Made by a program: the position numbers and the translations under genes. The notes below the pieces were generated by a model. The model saw only the letters and a program-made list of their open reading frames with translations. It searched no databases and had not been told where the DNA came from. Below are positions 26,098 through 39,296 of a stretch of DNA of 64,000 nt, piece by piece (the stretch's first letter is position 1; each line of letters begins with the position of its first letter). The stretch lies in the NCBI RefSeq assembly GCF_026571515.1, contig NW_026866038.1, forward strand, positions 62,001 to 126,000, read 5' to 3'. The DNA comes from Ruditapes philippinarum (lineage: Eukaryota).

Positions 26098-28875
26098 AGC
26101 ATTTTTAGTGAAAATTTCGAAAATATGAGTTAACTGAATAGCGAATAGTGAAGACCATGTGACACGTGCGGTTGGATTCAATTTCCACCGGCAGGTTGAA
26201 GGTTCATAAACACTATCAAAGCCGTTTTAAATAATGGACATTTTCTAGCTAATGTCTAAACTTAAAAAAAAACAATTGAGGCAATGATTTATTATTAAAG
26301 TTCATTTTGTACATGTTGAAAATTTACGACGTTACAGAATCTTAGAAAAAGTGTAATCATACTACTTCACTAGGAAATCCCTTGCTATTTTTTCATTGGT
26401 TTATTTCAATTCGTACTATAAAACATAAAATTATGACTTAAACTGAAGAGGGTTCAGGAAAACTTAGATTAGTTTTTCCTGTTCTGTTCTGTGTTCTATT
26501 TTTATTTGTAAATCCTAGTAAAGAACATTATACTTTTTAAATAATGATTCATAATATTCATACATGAATCGGACTAACAAGCAAAAGGGTCATTTAATTG
26601 GTAGCAATATTCATTTGATATATAGTCAGTAAATCTATGAAACGATTTCGATGCAAGTTATGATTTCTTCAAAGGGTAAAATACATCACATGGCCGTGTA
26701 GTTTTTCCCGATTAATCGAAACTTATGTAAACCACTTTGGAGTCTTTTGTCTGGTCAAGACTATAGACTGGGGTGTAGAGGTCCGAACGGCTTGAAATCC
26801 AAATCAATTCAAACATAAAATCTTGTCATCTATAATAATAATCTAATATACACTGTTCTGTAACAAAAAGTCATATTTCAACGTTTATATTAAGACATGT
26901 ATAAACGTTGAAATGCGATTTTCAAAACAGCGTATAGGATATGTTTTATTGATATATGTGATATATGTGATATATGTGATAAATTAATGTGCTTGGACTG
27001 ACAAAATTTACAAACAATTCATTTGGATTTTTTTACGTTTGGAGCTCCTCAAAGTAAGTGTTTGTGGTCCTGATCAAAACTGAAACAATAGTTGCTGGCC
27101 ATGAAGGGGATCAAACCCACTTTCGCTATGTAATACACCAAAATAACAAACCAATCTTTGTTTGTACCTCTTAATTAATATTTGAATAAACGCTTTATGT
27201 TTAAAGTGATTGGTTTCCTTACATTATAAAATACATATAATATAAATTAGTTCTAATAATATTTTTTCATCACATATGCTTGTTATATCCTTAGATATTA
27301 TATCTTCGACCTTTTCTGTAAAAGTCTAAAACAATTTATTGGTTACTTTAGGTTGCCAACTGCAAGGACAAACTATTATCATGAATGTGTATATAGCAAG
27401 CAATCTGAATGCTCGTCAGGCATAATATCTTAATAAAAGTTCATCCATCTAGTGATATGGACAAAACCATTCATTTTTCGTAGCAAAACTTTCAAAATAA
27501 GTACTGACTGAATAGAGAGAACGATGTAAACTAGGATTTGTCGTCTGATCTTGGTCTGCACTGGTGGCATGGGTAGATTCAGTCACCGCCAGCAAGTTTA
27601 GATTTAAATACGTGTTTTATATGCTTTCTTTATTTTTTTCTGTCTATTGTATTTGGCCATAGATACTACCCACAATCGCACATTTTGATTTGACTCTAGA
27701 AGAACAAAGACAATATATGGTTTATAAGATGTTTATTTCAGTTGCTTTAACACAAATTAATTCAAATGATAAAAGAGTTAACCCACTATTCCTCCAACAC
27801 TGAAAGGAAAAATATATCATAATAAAGGTTTATCAGACAAATATATCTATTTATAAATATGACTTTTACCTAACATTGTAACGTTGTGATGCGAATTTTG
27901 TTAAATATAGATGAGTTATGAACAATTTTGGTCGTTTCATTTGAAAATATGATCTTCCTTCCCTCTGCCCCCACCAATCACCGACTCGGCACTATATCAC
28001 ATGCACTATAATTAATCAAGGATTAGGAAAAATCATAACAATAGTGACAATCTTTAGATATAACTTATTATCTTTCATTAAGAAGTCGCAATGTCATTTC
28101 TCGTTCGATCATAAGAGATCTAATAAGACAGAGTGGCTTTTTATATTCTCTTTTATAATGATATATTCATCAGATAAAATTGATGGTGCTTATAGGCCTC
28201 CGTACTTGTTCTGTTGTCATTAAAATTTAACTAAATACATTCATAAGACGAAATTACCTTGAAAAGGTTTTCCAGCATTTAGATAACAATAAAATTAAGA
28301 GGTTTAAACAGAGGTTGGTTTGTGAATTTGGTGCATAACATAGCGGTAGTTGGTTTGATCTCCTTCATGGTCAGCAACTATTGTTTCAGTCTTACTCAGG
28401 TTAATAAAGATTTATCAGACAAATATATCTATTTATAAATATGACTTTTTTCAGTTGCTTTAACACAAATTAATTCAAATGATAAAAGAGTTAACCCACT
28501 ATTCCTCCAACACTGAAAGGAAAAATATATCATAATAGAGGTTTATTGTCAAAATATATCTATTTATAAATATGACTTTTACCTAACATTGTGACGTTGT
28601 GACGCGAATTTTGTTAAATATAGTTGAGTTATGAACAATTTTGGCCGTTTCATTTGTAGTTGAGTATCATCATTGTTATGGTTATGATTCTATGGCAAAT
28701 TATTTTTGTGGCAATGAATTTATTAAAATTTAATTAGGCAGACATATGCTTGATTTGGTATGCAGAGAGACAACATTATTTATTTGATTTAATATTATCA
28801 ATCATTTGATTAACTTGAGCCTCGCAAAGTGGCAAAACGTGTCGGTTTTACACGTGCTAATTGAACTTTGATTAT

Positions 28876-30235
28876 ACAAGAGGGCCATGATGGCCCTGAG
28901 GTCGCTCACCTGTATATAGGCCCCCGGAGCGGGGCCAGTTTAAACCCCAGGGCTTTTATTTGAACAAACTTGGAACACCCATTAGTAGATGTTTCATGAG
29001 TTTCATAAGTTTTTACTACACACATATAATGAAAAACAATGACCTCCTTATTTCCCCCTCCCCCCACCGACAGGGCCAATTTTAACCCAAGGGTTTTTAT
29101 TTGAACAAACTTGGTAGACACCCATAAGAAGATGTTTCATGCTAAACATCTAAGCTCTAGCTCATTGGGTTTTTTAAAAGAAGATTTTTTTAAGTTTTTA
29201 CTATACACATATAGTTTAAAACAATGACACCCCTGGGGCAGGGCCAGTTTTGACCCCAGGGCTTTTATTTGAACAAAATTTGTAGACACTTACTTGAAGA
29301 CGTTTCATGCTTAATATCTAAACTCTAGCTATTTGGGTTTTTTCAAAGAAGATTTTTAGTTTTTGCTTTACACATATAAGGAAAATCAATGACCCCCGGG
29401 GCGGGGCCAATTTTGACCCCAGGGCTTTTATTTGAACAAACTTTGTAGACACACACTAGAAGATGTTTCATGCTTAATATCTAAACCCTAGCTATTTGGG
29501 TTTTTCAAAGAAGAAATTTTTTTAAGTTTTTGATATACACATATAAGGAAAATCAATGACCCCTGGGGCATGGGCCAATTTTGACCCCAGGGCTTTTATT
29601 TGAACAAACTTGGTAGACACCCATTAGAACATGTTTCATGCTAAATATCTTAGCTCTAGCTCTTTGAGTTCTTTAAAAGAAGATTTTTTAAGTTTTTACT
29701 ATATGCATATAGGGAAAATCAATGACCCCCTAGGGTGGGGCCAATTTTGACCTCAGGGCTTTTATTTGAACAAAATTGGTAGACACCCATAAGTTGTGTC
29801 ATGCTAAACATCTAAGCTCTAGCTCATTGGGTTTTTTAAAAGAAAATCAATGACCCCTGGGGTGGGGCCAATTTTGACCCCAGGGCTTTTATTTGAACAA
29901 ACTTGGTAGACACTCACTAGAAGATGTTTCATGCCAAATATCTAAGCTCTAGCTCTTTGGGTTTTTTTAAAAGAATATATTTAAAGTTTTTTCTTTCGGT
30001 TGCCATGTCAACCAGAGTTCTGCATTGAATTAAATTCTTTGAACAGTTTTTAAAGGTGACCACCAAAGGAACATTCCTGTGAAGTTTGGATGAAATTGGC
30101 TTAGTGGTTTATGAGGAGATGTCATTTAAAGTAAAAGTTTACGGACGGACGGACGGACGCCGGACGGACGGACGGACGCCGGACGAAAAGCGATCACAAA
30201 AGCTCACCCTGTCACTTTGTGACAGGTGAGCTAAA
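28876..30235 (+). mobile_element. Non-autonomous pearl/Helentron (HINE)-like element with an internal ~165-bp satellite array
   Basis: Starts ACAAGAGGGCCATGATGGCCC. About 7 core repeats (GGGGCCAATTTTGACCCCAGGGCTTTTATTTGAACAAAC). (GGAC)n microsatellite at 30141-30185. Terminal palindrome AGCTCACCCTGTCAC-TTT-GTGACAGGTGAGCT followed by an A run. The empty site is visible at about 40775-40790. Confidence 0.85.
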
Positions 30236-30250
30236 AAATGTAGTATCTCC

Positions 30251-33200
30251 TCACATGTCTTGATTTTCGCATATGTATTGCAGAACATTACTGTTGCAAT
30301 GCCAATCGGCCCATCTCCCCTTACTGTCGTCTTTTCCGTTCAATGTACCACAGTTTTCATTTTGTTTAAAATTATCAGGTTGATGTGCAATCCAGTTTGA
30401 ATATCCAGTTTCTGAAATGGGAGTTTTTGTCTCCATCCATACCCAGACGCCTTCTTCTTGTATATCACTGAGCGCTATCCAGTAGTTTTCTATTGATATG
30501 TTATTTAGCCAATTAAAGTAATCATATACTAAAGACTCGATCGCCGCTGTGCTATACTAAATTACTTAAATTGTCTGATTTACCATTCATTACTCTTTGA
30601 CAATTATTACTGTTCAAAGAAAGTTATAAGCCCTATCTATGTATAAAATTAACTTACCAAAAGATACAAAACAGCTGATTCCTCTTATAAAAAAATAATT
30701 ATACATCTACTTATGTAAAAATGTAATAGCCTCATAAAAACAAATAATCAATAATATTTTCATTCAAAACGATAATTTGTATCATAACACGGTCATCAAA
30801 TTAACCTAATTAGCTATGTTAGTATAATTAATACGATTTGAAATTATGATAACATTCGCTATAAAGAAAGGGACGACAAAAAAGATATAAATTTCACTAA
30901 CCATTAAACCTCATCGCCATAGAAGCAAGAAACGCGTTCTCTGCAGCTGTCTCAATCTCTACTAATTTTCCTCCTAAAATGTGACACATATTCTGAAATG
31001 GAAACGCAGAAAAACATTATATGATAATTCAACATAAATTCATCATAATTAAATATTGGGTGTAATATTACAAAGGGGTTTGTAGCTGTACCAGAACTCT
31101 ATATTAGGGTCAGTTATGACGAAAATTAGGTCCAGACCGAAAAAACATGTGACAACCCTTATATATAGACAAGGGTTCCAACTCCAAATAAACACATTTT
31201 TCGCCATTAGCTTAATGAGAAGCTAATTCCTTCTCCATTTTTCAAGCAAATTATATATTTTTATGTGTACATGTAGCATTCTCATTGTACTTTCAAGAAA
31301 TGATAGCAACTTGTCCCTTTAACCATGCATATAAAAACATGTCGGACACAAACCTAACCGAAAACGACTTTTTTTGCTTAGTCCACCTAGAAGTCGCAAC
31401 ATTATAAACAACGTGGTTTATCCCGTAAAAAAATTTACAATAATGAATACGGGAAGCAAAGGCTTGAATTCAATAAAAAAGACTATTTTGCAAAACATAA
31501 ATTTATGATTACCTGTAATTGTTTCGACAGTCAACCACGCAATCGGTTGTTTTCTTTCACTTGCTATTTTTCTCCGAGAACAGCCATTCGCCTGTCACCA
31601 GCATCTGATGCATTGACCAATCAGAACTCCCGTAGTATAATATTTCTATCCTAAACGTGACAAGCGAATGGCCGTTCTCGAAGAAAAAAGGGCAAGTGAA
31701 AGAAAAAACCGATTACGGTGTTTGGGTCTGGACCTAGTTTGGGGTCACAACTGACCCTTATATAGAGTCCTGGAACCGTTACAACCCCCTTTGTAATATT
31801 ATGAACGAATGCAGACTGCTTCATAAACGATTGTATATATGGAGGCTGCACAGTCGAGCGTATAAAGGTTCGTTCCTGTTTTAAGCGACGTGACATAGGG
31901 CGAGATACGATACGGAATAATGGAAAATAACGTGAGTTCGAGCTAGTTTGTTTAAAATATTTGTTGTATGTTGTATTTTGTTGTGTTCGAAAAAGATAGT
32001 CATGCGCAGCAAAGATATAATGGTGTATAATGATCAAAAAAGAAGAATATATTACCTAGTAAGGAAAACGTTATGAATGCCAGATGCAATTTGACATACT
32101 TTTAAATAGATGTATTGAAACAGATACTTGTTCAGTTATGTCATTAACGTGTTTACTATTAATATTTATAATAAATATTTAGAAACATTGATGAAATAAA
32201 TGCATATTTTCATTTTCGTATTTTCAATGTGAAATTTTAATTTTCACAACAGCGAAACATATTTTCTGTATTTTCAATAGTGTCTTGCGGAAGTACTTTC
32301 TCCTACATTCTACTAATACACACATTTTAATAGGAGGGGTCTTTAAAATTGTAATGTCGAAAAGGAGAAAAAATATGTATAATAAACTGAAAATTCAAGC
32401 CTTTTTTAAAACTAAAGAGGATCATCAAACAACCATTCATACATAGTTTCATCAAAATCAACCCAATAGTTAAGGGGGATAAGTTGTTTAAAGAATTTTC
32501 AGATATAAGTTCTGATAGCCTTATGGTTTAGCAGACGAGAATAATAATTTGAATTATTATTATAGACGATCATCCAAGGACCATTCATTTTTATTTTCAT
32601 CAAAATCTACCCAATAGTTTTCCTGTAATAAAGAAAGACAAAGGAACTTTGAATAATAACTGAAAAAGTCATATAATAAAATAGTTATTGCATAATTACT
32701 TATTTGAATTTCCAAATCTATTGACCTTTCTTATGTGAAATTTACCTCATTATCATATAATAATTATAAAACATACCACAGCACTTGACCAATCCTCCTG
32801 GTCGTGACTAAAGTGATAACATGAATTACCATGATGCATCCATCCGTTTGGACAAGACGCATCTAAAATAAATATATATAATTATGGTCATGTACAACTT
32901 GTCAATTTAGTGTATGTCCCTGAAACATCTAAAATAACAATGAAGTAATATTTGTTTCATTGGGAACCATACTATTTACGTTAACCATTCTCCTTTTTAC
33001 TTATTTGATAGCTTTATTTCATTTTATAAAGTAATTACTGTAATTTACATTACATTTTTGAGTGTTTTTAAAATATTTGGAGGGGCCAAATATTTGTCTT
33101 TTGTTGTAGATCACCATCTTCTCTTACGTTCTCCTCGAACAAGAAACTAAAGAATTCTATGGGGTTTTTTAAAAAAAGAAAGAAAAAAACATTGATATAT

Positions 33201-33306
33201 ACTGCGTTTCTTTGATATTTGATAACTTGAATGTAAAACACAAAAGAGACTTACCCGAATACCAGAATAAAGGACATATAACCAATAAGGTAATAACGTT
33301 CCACAT
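30251..33306 (-). CDS. Perlucin-like secreted C-type lectin, copy 2 (4 coding exons, 155 aa)
   Basis: Exons complement(33255..33306, 32777..32862, 30902..30992, 30251..30489), GT-AG, 468 nt in frame. [68 protein letters not shown]...WIALSD...QPDN...ENC...WADWHC...YICE. Confidence 0.93.
31071..31793. mobile_element. MITE / non-autonomous DNA transposon in lectin-2 intron 2
   Basis: Imperfect ~75-bp TIRs (CAAAGGGG...CTCTATAT(T/A)AGGGTCAGTT...TAGGTCCAGACC) flanked by the 8-bp direct repeat TAATATTA (31063..31070 and 31794..31801). No ORF. Confidence 0.85.
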
Positions 33307-34144
33307 ATCTGAGGCGGTAATTATTGTAAAATACACATTATCTACTTTGTTCTTATCAATTGTACTATTTTGTCAGTGTCCCAGTTGTCAAAACCACGAT
33401 AACACGTAACTACATGTATTTTATGACAAACCTCGTAAAAGGGACACATCATTCTTATACTGTGTAAGTTTTAAACATGACACGCATACTTTTTTAACCT
33501 TTTGGTTTCTTCTGGCAAGGTTTGTTTGACGTTAATGAAAAACATCATACTTGCTTATGAGAATTTATGTTACCACTCATTTTAGTTCACAGTAGATTTA
33601 TGTTCATTTAGTATAAGTTCTTTCATCTTTAAAGCATATCAACTTCTAACTTATAAAGGCCCATTATGATGCTTCATAAATGTTTTTATTTTTATTTCTC
33701 AAAAGTTTTTTAAAATTTATTTTGGATGTACGTTTCTTTCCAAAATGCTATTCAATGGCCAATTACTTGGTCAGTTATTTCATTTTCTTCTGTTGCTTTT
33801 GTCAATCAGTACAGTTAGAGTGATTAAGTACGTAAGTCAAAATAGTGAAACTACATCTTTGTTAACATTTTACTATTGTTATGTCAAATAATTTCACGTT
33901 AAGCGCTTTATTAAGCAATCCGTGCAGGTCAGTTTTCACATTTGTGCTGTCCGATCGTGCATGTGCTGTTTTATTAAGTTATCGCTGTAAATGATGAATG
34001 GCTTTGTCTAGACTGAAAGATAATAATGGTAATGATAAAAGCTAATTTATATAAGAAATATTACCAATGGCATTGGTGACATTTAATATAAGTGAATGAG
34101 TGAAATAAAGACTAAGCATTTGTTTCTCGGTATTGTAACTGAAG

Positions 34145-34270
34145 ACAAGTAACATGTTATATATCATTCACTCACCCATTCTCTCACTCATTTATCCACT
34201 CACTACGTCAATCAATCGATCTATCGATCGATCAATCATTCAATCAATCAACAAATCAATCAATTAATTG
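34145..34270. repeat. Compound tetranucleotide microsatellite (CACT/CATT/CAAT/CGAT)
   Basis: Direct inspection. Confidence 0.7.
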
Positions 34271-34427
34271 CTCTATCACACACACTTGTGCATGCGCACG
34301 CGGTCGCCTACGGCCTTCGTGGTCAATTCCTACGCATCAAAACTCCAAACCGGTGTTAAATAGCCGATATACATTTCTCAGGCCGATGTTAGTTCTTAAT
34401 TATATTTTTCTTCAAGTGTTTTCCGCG

Positions 34428-34490
34428 TATAAATATTTAACAACGTTAGCTTCATTTTAACTTTGACTTTCAACAGCAAGGAAGGAAAAG
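34428..34490 (+). promoter_or_regulatory. TATA box, Inr-like TCATT and non-coding exon 1 of gene A
   Basis: TATAAAT at 34428, TCATTT at 34452, donor AAG|GTGAGT at 34490/34491. Conserved with 45834..45896. Confidence 0.75.
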
Positions 34491-34834
34491 GTGAGTATGT
34501 TATATTATTACTTAATGTGTAGATTATATACAAGATATTTGTTAGTTTTTTTTTTTAAAGTTACCTTAAAAAAGAAGAAAAAAGAACTAAAAAACTGAAA
34601 ATGTTTTATTTAGTTTTTAGCGCTGGTGAATTTAGAATTCGTATAAGATATGGTTCACATTCTTTATAAACAAGCACATTTGTATTTTGTGGAAATATAA
34701 TTGTTATTAATGAAAATCATTAATCTCTGAATGATATTTTATTATTGAAAAGATATTATTTTTGTTTATCGCTAGATTATGCCAATCACACTGTTTTCCA
34801 AAACTTTATTTTATCTTGTTGGTTTCCAGCGAAA

Positions 34835-36061
34835 ATGATGACGTCATCAAATGTGCACGTTGTATTGCTTGCCACGGCAACGCTTGTAAGTTTTGCTTGT
34901 GCTGTAGAGAATTCCACCCAAAAGCAGATAGGTGTTTTAAAAAACACATATTTCAACCATGTGTCCATTTTCTACACTGAAGTTTGAAAAATATCTTTTA
35001 CTTAACCATTTGTTGCTGTTAACTTTTCAATTATTTGTTGTTTTTGATCTTTAAAATATTTGTTCGATGTAAGTGTTATGTGAAAACTAAACAATATTTT
35101 TACAATAAATATAACGAACAACCAAGTAGGGATTCTTTATCTATTTACTGACTCAAACGTCTAAGGCCGCTCAAGGAAAATTATGTTACGGTTATGAGGT
35201 CCAATCCTTTATTGCAAGGTCTATAAACTCAGTTCAAAATCTTGCCATCGAGGTTAATATGTTTTGCCCAACAAATGTAACTCCACAAAAGTTGGAAGCA
35301 AAGTTTACGACGTTCGTATGTATCACATCACATATGTTCTAGAACATGGATTGTTGATAACGTTATCTTAAATTCGATAAAAACCAACATTAGCCGTTCT
35401 AAAATAACACCCAACGCAACACATAAGTCTCAAAAGGCGTAGTTAATGTTGCTGATATGCTGAAGGAATTGAAAAAGTTTACATTTGTTTCTTGTCTTTC
35501 TTGAAGGGATTTAGCGATAGCCTCACGAAAACACAAGACAGACTCGAAAAGTTTAATCCTTTTGACCGTTTCAAAAAATGGCCTTTCCGTAACTTTCGCA
35601 ATGAGGATGGAGGCGGAGGTGATTTTCATTACCACAAAGTTAAAGGAGATGGGACGGTTCGTAACTATCGCGTGGAGGACGGAGGTCTAGGGGACAGATA
35701 CTATCACGAGGTCGACGCAGATGGGAACGTTCGTAACTACCATGTCGAAGACGGAGGTCAGGGTGACCGAATGTACCACGAATTCGAGGCAGATGGGAAC
35801 GTTAGAAACTACAATGTCGAAGACGGAGGTCAGGGTGACATGACTTTTCATGAAGTCGACGAATATGGTAACGTTCGTAACTACTATGTTGAAGACGGAG
35901 GTGAAGGTGACAGATGCTACCACGAAGTCGAAGGTGACGGGAGTCCATTTCGTGGTAATTATTATTACAACTATGTACATGGAGGTAGACACCGTTTCTT
36001 TCACAGCGAGAGCAGCTCCTCCGAGTCTATGGATTGGGATGATTTTCTTTTCGACTTGTAA
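34835..36061 (+). CDS. Secreted acidic 24-aa-repeat protein A (5 repeats), unrecognised family
   Basis: Exon 2 from ATG 34835 encodes a hydrophobic leader. Exon 3 (35507..36061, acceptor TTTCTTGAAG) encodes GFSDSLTKTQ..., 5 x (VRNYxVEDGGxGDxxYHEVDxDGN) and ...SESSSSESMDWDDFLFDL*. The donor equivalent to gene B's is AT rather than GT at 34928; an in-frame GTAAGT at 34886 is the alternative. Confidence 0.8.
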
Positions 36062-36519
36062 GCAATTTGTTCACTGTGGGGTATTTTGGCGTCGTTGTGG
36101 CCTTTTTTATTCTGATATTTGCACGGTTGCATTTCTGTTAACTAGTCGGATCTTTTATTACATTTGTTTTTACATTTACATATCCTGATATCGGGTATCG
36201 AAATTAAACTCATCGCCATAAATTCACTGGCAAAAGTATTAAAAAACCCTACCATTTGAGAAATATATTCAACAATATTCATCAAGAAATTCGATTTAAT
36301 TTCGCATTACCATAAAATGTATAGTCTTAAATCATAACATAATGACAATATTTATTTTTTTATCAGGTTCCCTTTCATAAATAGAATGCTTGATTCTTAT
36401 TGAACATAATGAATTAGTAACATATTCATGTATATATAACTTGACCTAGTTAAAAAGCATTGCACTGAGTTACAATCTGTATTATGTCATTAACATCGCG
36501 GTTTCACAATATGCTGTAA

Positions 36520-37075
36520 TGTTTGACCATCACACGATTGAATCACAGTCTGTCACCTTTCAGGATCACACCATAGTATTTTCGCATCATTGTGATTTCA
36601 TCTTCGCACGGTCGCACATAGTGTTTCGCTATAGCACGATCGCACCTAAGTATTTCACCATTGCATGGTGCCATCATTGTTTTTCACCATCGCATGTTGC
36701 CATCATAGTATTTCACCATCGCATGAAGGCTCACAGTGTTTTACCATCGCATGGACGCACCTTAGTATTTCACTATCGCATGACCGCATCATAGTGTTTC
36801 ACTATTGCACGACCTTATAGTGTTTCATTATCGCACAACCGCATGATAGTGTTTCACTATCTCACGACCGCATCATAATGTTTCATGATCACATCAAATT
36901 GTTTCCCCATCGTACGATGGCGTTTCGCTAACATGCAATCGTGTTTTGACCATCGCTTTCATTATCTTGTACTCCTACTATTGTGTTTCCATTATCGCAG
37001 CATTTTGAATCGTGAGTTAGGTAAATTTAAGCAAAATAAAAAGCCACGATTTATATCGTAACAGAACTCCATACT
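36520..37075. repeat. ~29-bp minisatellite, unit 2 copy
   Basis: Same motif as 11770..12240. Confidence 0.85.
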
Positions 37076-38105
37076 AGCTTCGCCCCATCCTATTCTGAAT
37101 ACATATTTGTATAGAGAAGTTTTTGTAAATTGTACGAGTAAGCTTTCGATAAACATTATGCTAATCCTACTTTCAGATTTGATTCATTGTTCTGAAATCG
37201 AGCATACTGGAGAAACGAAAGCGGCAGAAAAACTATTCAGTCTACTTGTAGAAACTGTTATTCTGATTAAAAAATTAAAGACACTTCATTATGAATTTTT
37301 TCCCTTTTTTGTTATTCTATTGGTTTATACGATCGGAGGAGTAAACAACTGGTCAATATCGCCACACTTAAATTATTTGAAAATATGAGCTGTCGTCCCT
37401 TTGTCATCAACCAAGCACCGACTTAGCAATATTTGAATTTCACTATATAATTAAGTATTAGAAAAAGATATAACAAAATCTAAAATGCGTCCGTACCAAA
37501 CATGACATATAGTCTAAATCGTGCTAAATTGAGACATGTATATAGTTACATGTACATTCATTTTCTTTTAGAAATATTTACTTCAGAAATAACTTATTAT
37601 CTTTCATTAAGAAAAAAATCTGCAAACACAGTTATCCCTCGGAAACTTTAATCACAACAAAATTACATGAAAATTGCAGACTCGAGCGGTACTCAATTCT
37701 CAACACTTAATAGTGATAGCAGCAATGATCCCGAAGGAAGAAGTCGCAATGTCATCTCTTGTTCGATCGTTAGATAAATCTTTATAAGAATATATAGTCA
37801 TCAGACAACTTTGATGGTGCTCATAGGTCTCTTGTTCAGTTGTCATTAAATACATTCATAAGACAAAATTACTATGGAATGAAATAATTTGAAATAGGGC
37901 ATTGCACTAGCAATGAAAATTCATATGCAAAACAAATCTTTTTAAACAAACACAAAATTACCATGCAGGCGTTATCATTTAAAACATGTCTATAAACATA
38001 ATAAGAAAAGGGCACGTTAGCTTAACTGTTTACCACGCTAAATATCTTAAACCGATTTTTCAGTTCATTATTTTATGTGTATGTATTTGAGTTTATCTGT
38101 GATCC

Positions 38106-38350
38106 AGAAGAGTATAAGTCATTTTATATTTTGGAGGATAGTGTAATATACAGATACAGATATATGCCCCGATTCCAGAAGCTTCTCCTGGTCCTTTAAC
38201 GTGCAGAGTGTTAACGCACTAATACACGGGACCTCGATTTAAAGTCTCATTAGAAAGACTGATTAGTAATTTTAGTTGGCCAGCCCGGGAATCGAACCCA
38301 CAATGTCGAGATTACAAGTATTGCACTATAACCGACTGATTTATACGGGC
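38106..38350 (-). mobile_element. tRNA-derived SINE (V-SINE-like), unit 2 copy
   Basis: Minus strand A-box-like TCAGTCGGTTATAG and B-box GGTTCGATTCC, followed by GATGAGACTTTAAATCGAGGTCCC-like sequence. Confidence 0.75.
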
Positions 38351-39296
38351 AGCGGTTTAAGTGAACTTTTCAAAAATATTTATCAACTGATAAGCGAACA
38401 TTGAAGACCATATGACACGTGCGGATAGATTCCATTTTCACCAGCAGGTTGAAGGTTTATTAACACTATCAAAGTCGTTTAAAATAATGGACATTTTCTA
38501 GCTAATGTCTAAACTTGAAAAACAATTGAGGCAATGATTTATTATTAAAGTTCTTTTTGTACATGTTGAAAACTTGCGACGTTTCAGAATCTTAGAAAGA
38601 GTTTAACCATACTACTTTACTAGGAAATCCCTTATTTTTTTTTTCATTGGTTTATTTCAGTTCGTACTATAAAGTTTGATATCATGACTTAAACGTAAGA
38701 TGGTTCAGGAAAACTTAGATTAGTGTTTCCTGTTCTGTATTTATTTTTATTTGTTGAAGTATTTCCTAGTAAAAAACATTATACTTTTAAAATTATGATT
38801 CATAATTATATTCATAATATTCATACATGAATAGGACAAGTTTGTTAAATTAACAAGGAAAAGGGTCATTTAATTGGTAGCAATAATCAAAACATACAAT
38901 CTTGTCATATACAAAAATAATCTTATAAACACTGTTTTGTAACAAAAAGTCATATTTCAACGTTTATATAAAGACATGTATAAACGCTGAAATGCGATTT
39001 TTTTAAACAGCGTATATTATAAGTTTATATATGTGATAAATTAATGTGCTTGGACTGACAAAATGTTAGAAACAATTCATTTGGATTTTTCTACGTTTGA
39101 AGCTCAGCAAAGTAAATGTTTGTGGTCCTGATCAAGACTGAAACAATAGTTGCTGACCATGAAGTGGTTCAAGCCCACTTCCGCTATGTTATACATCAAA
39201 ATCACAAACCGACCTCTGTTTAAACCTCTTAATAATCAATCTTTGAATAAACGCTTTATGTTTAAAGTGATTGGTTTCCTTACATTATAAAATACA

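Noticed and set aside
38275-38350. tRNA gene
   Set aside because: It is the tRNA-derived head of a SINE, continuous with the SINE body and degenerate.
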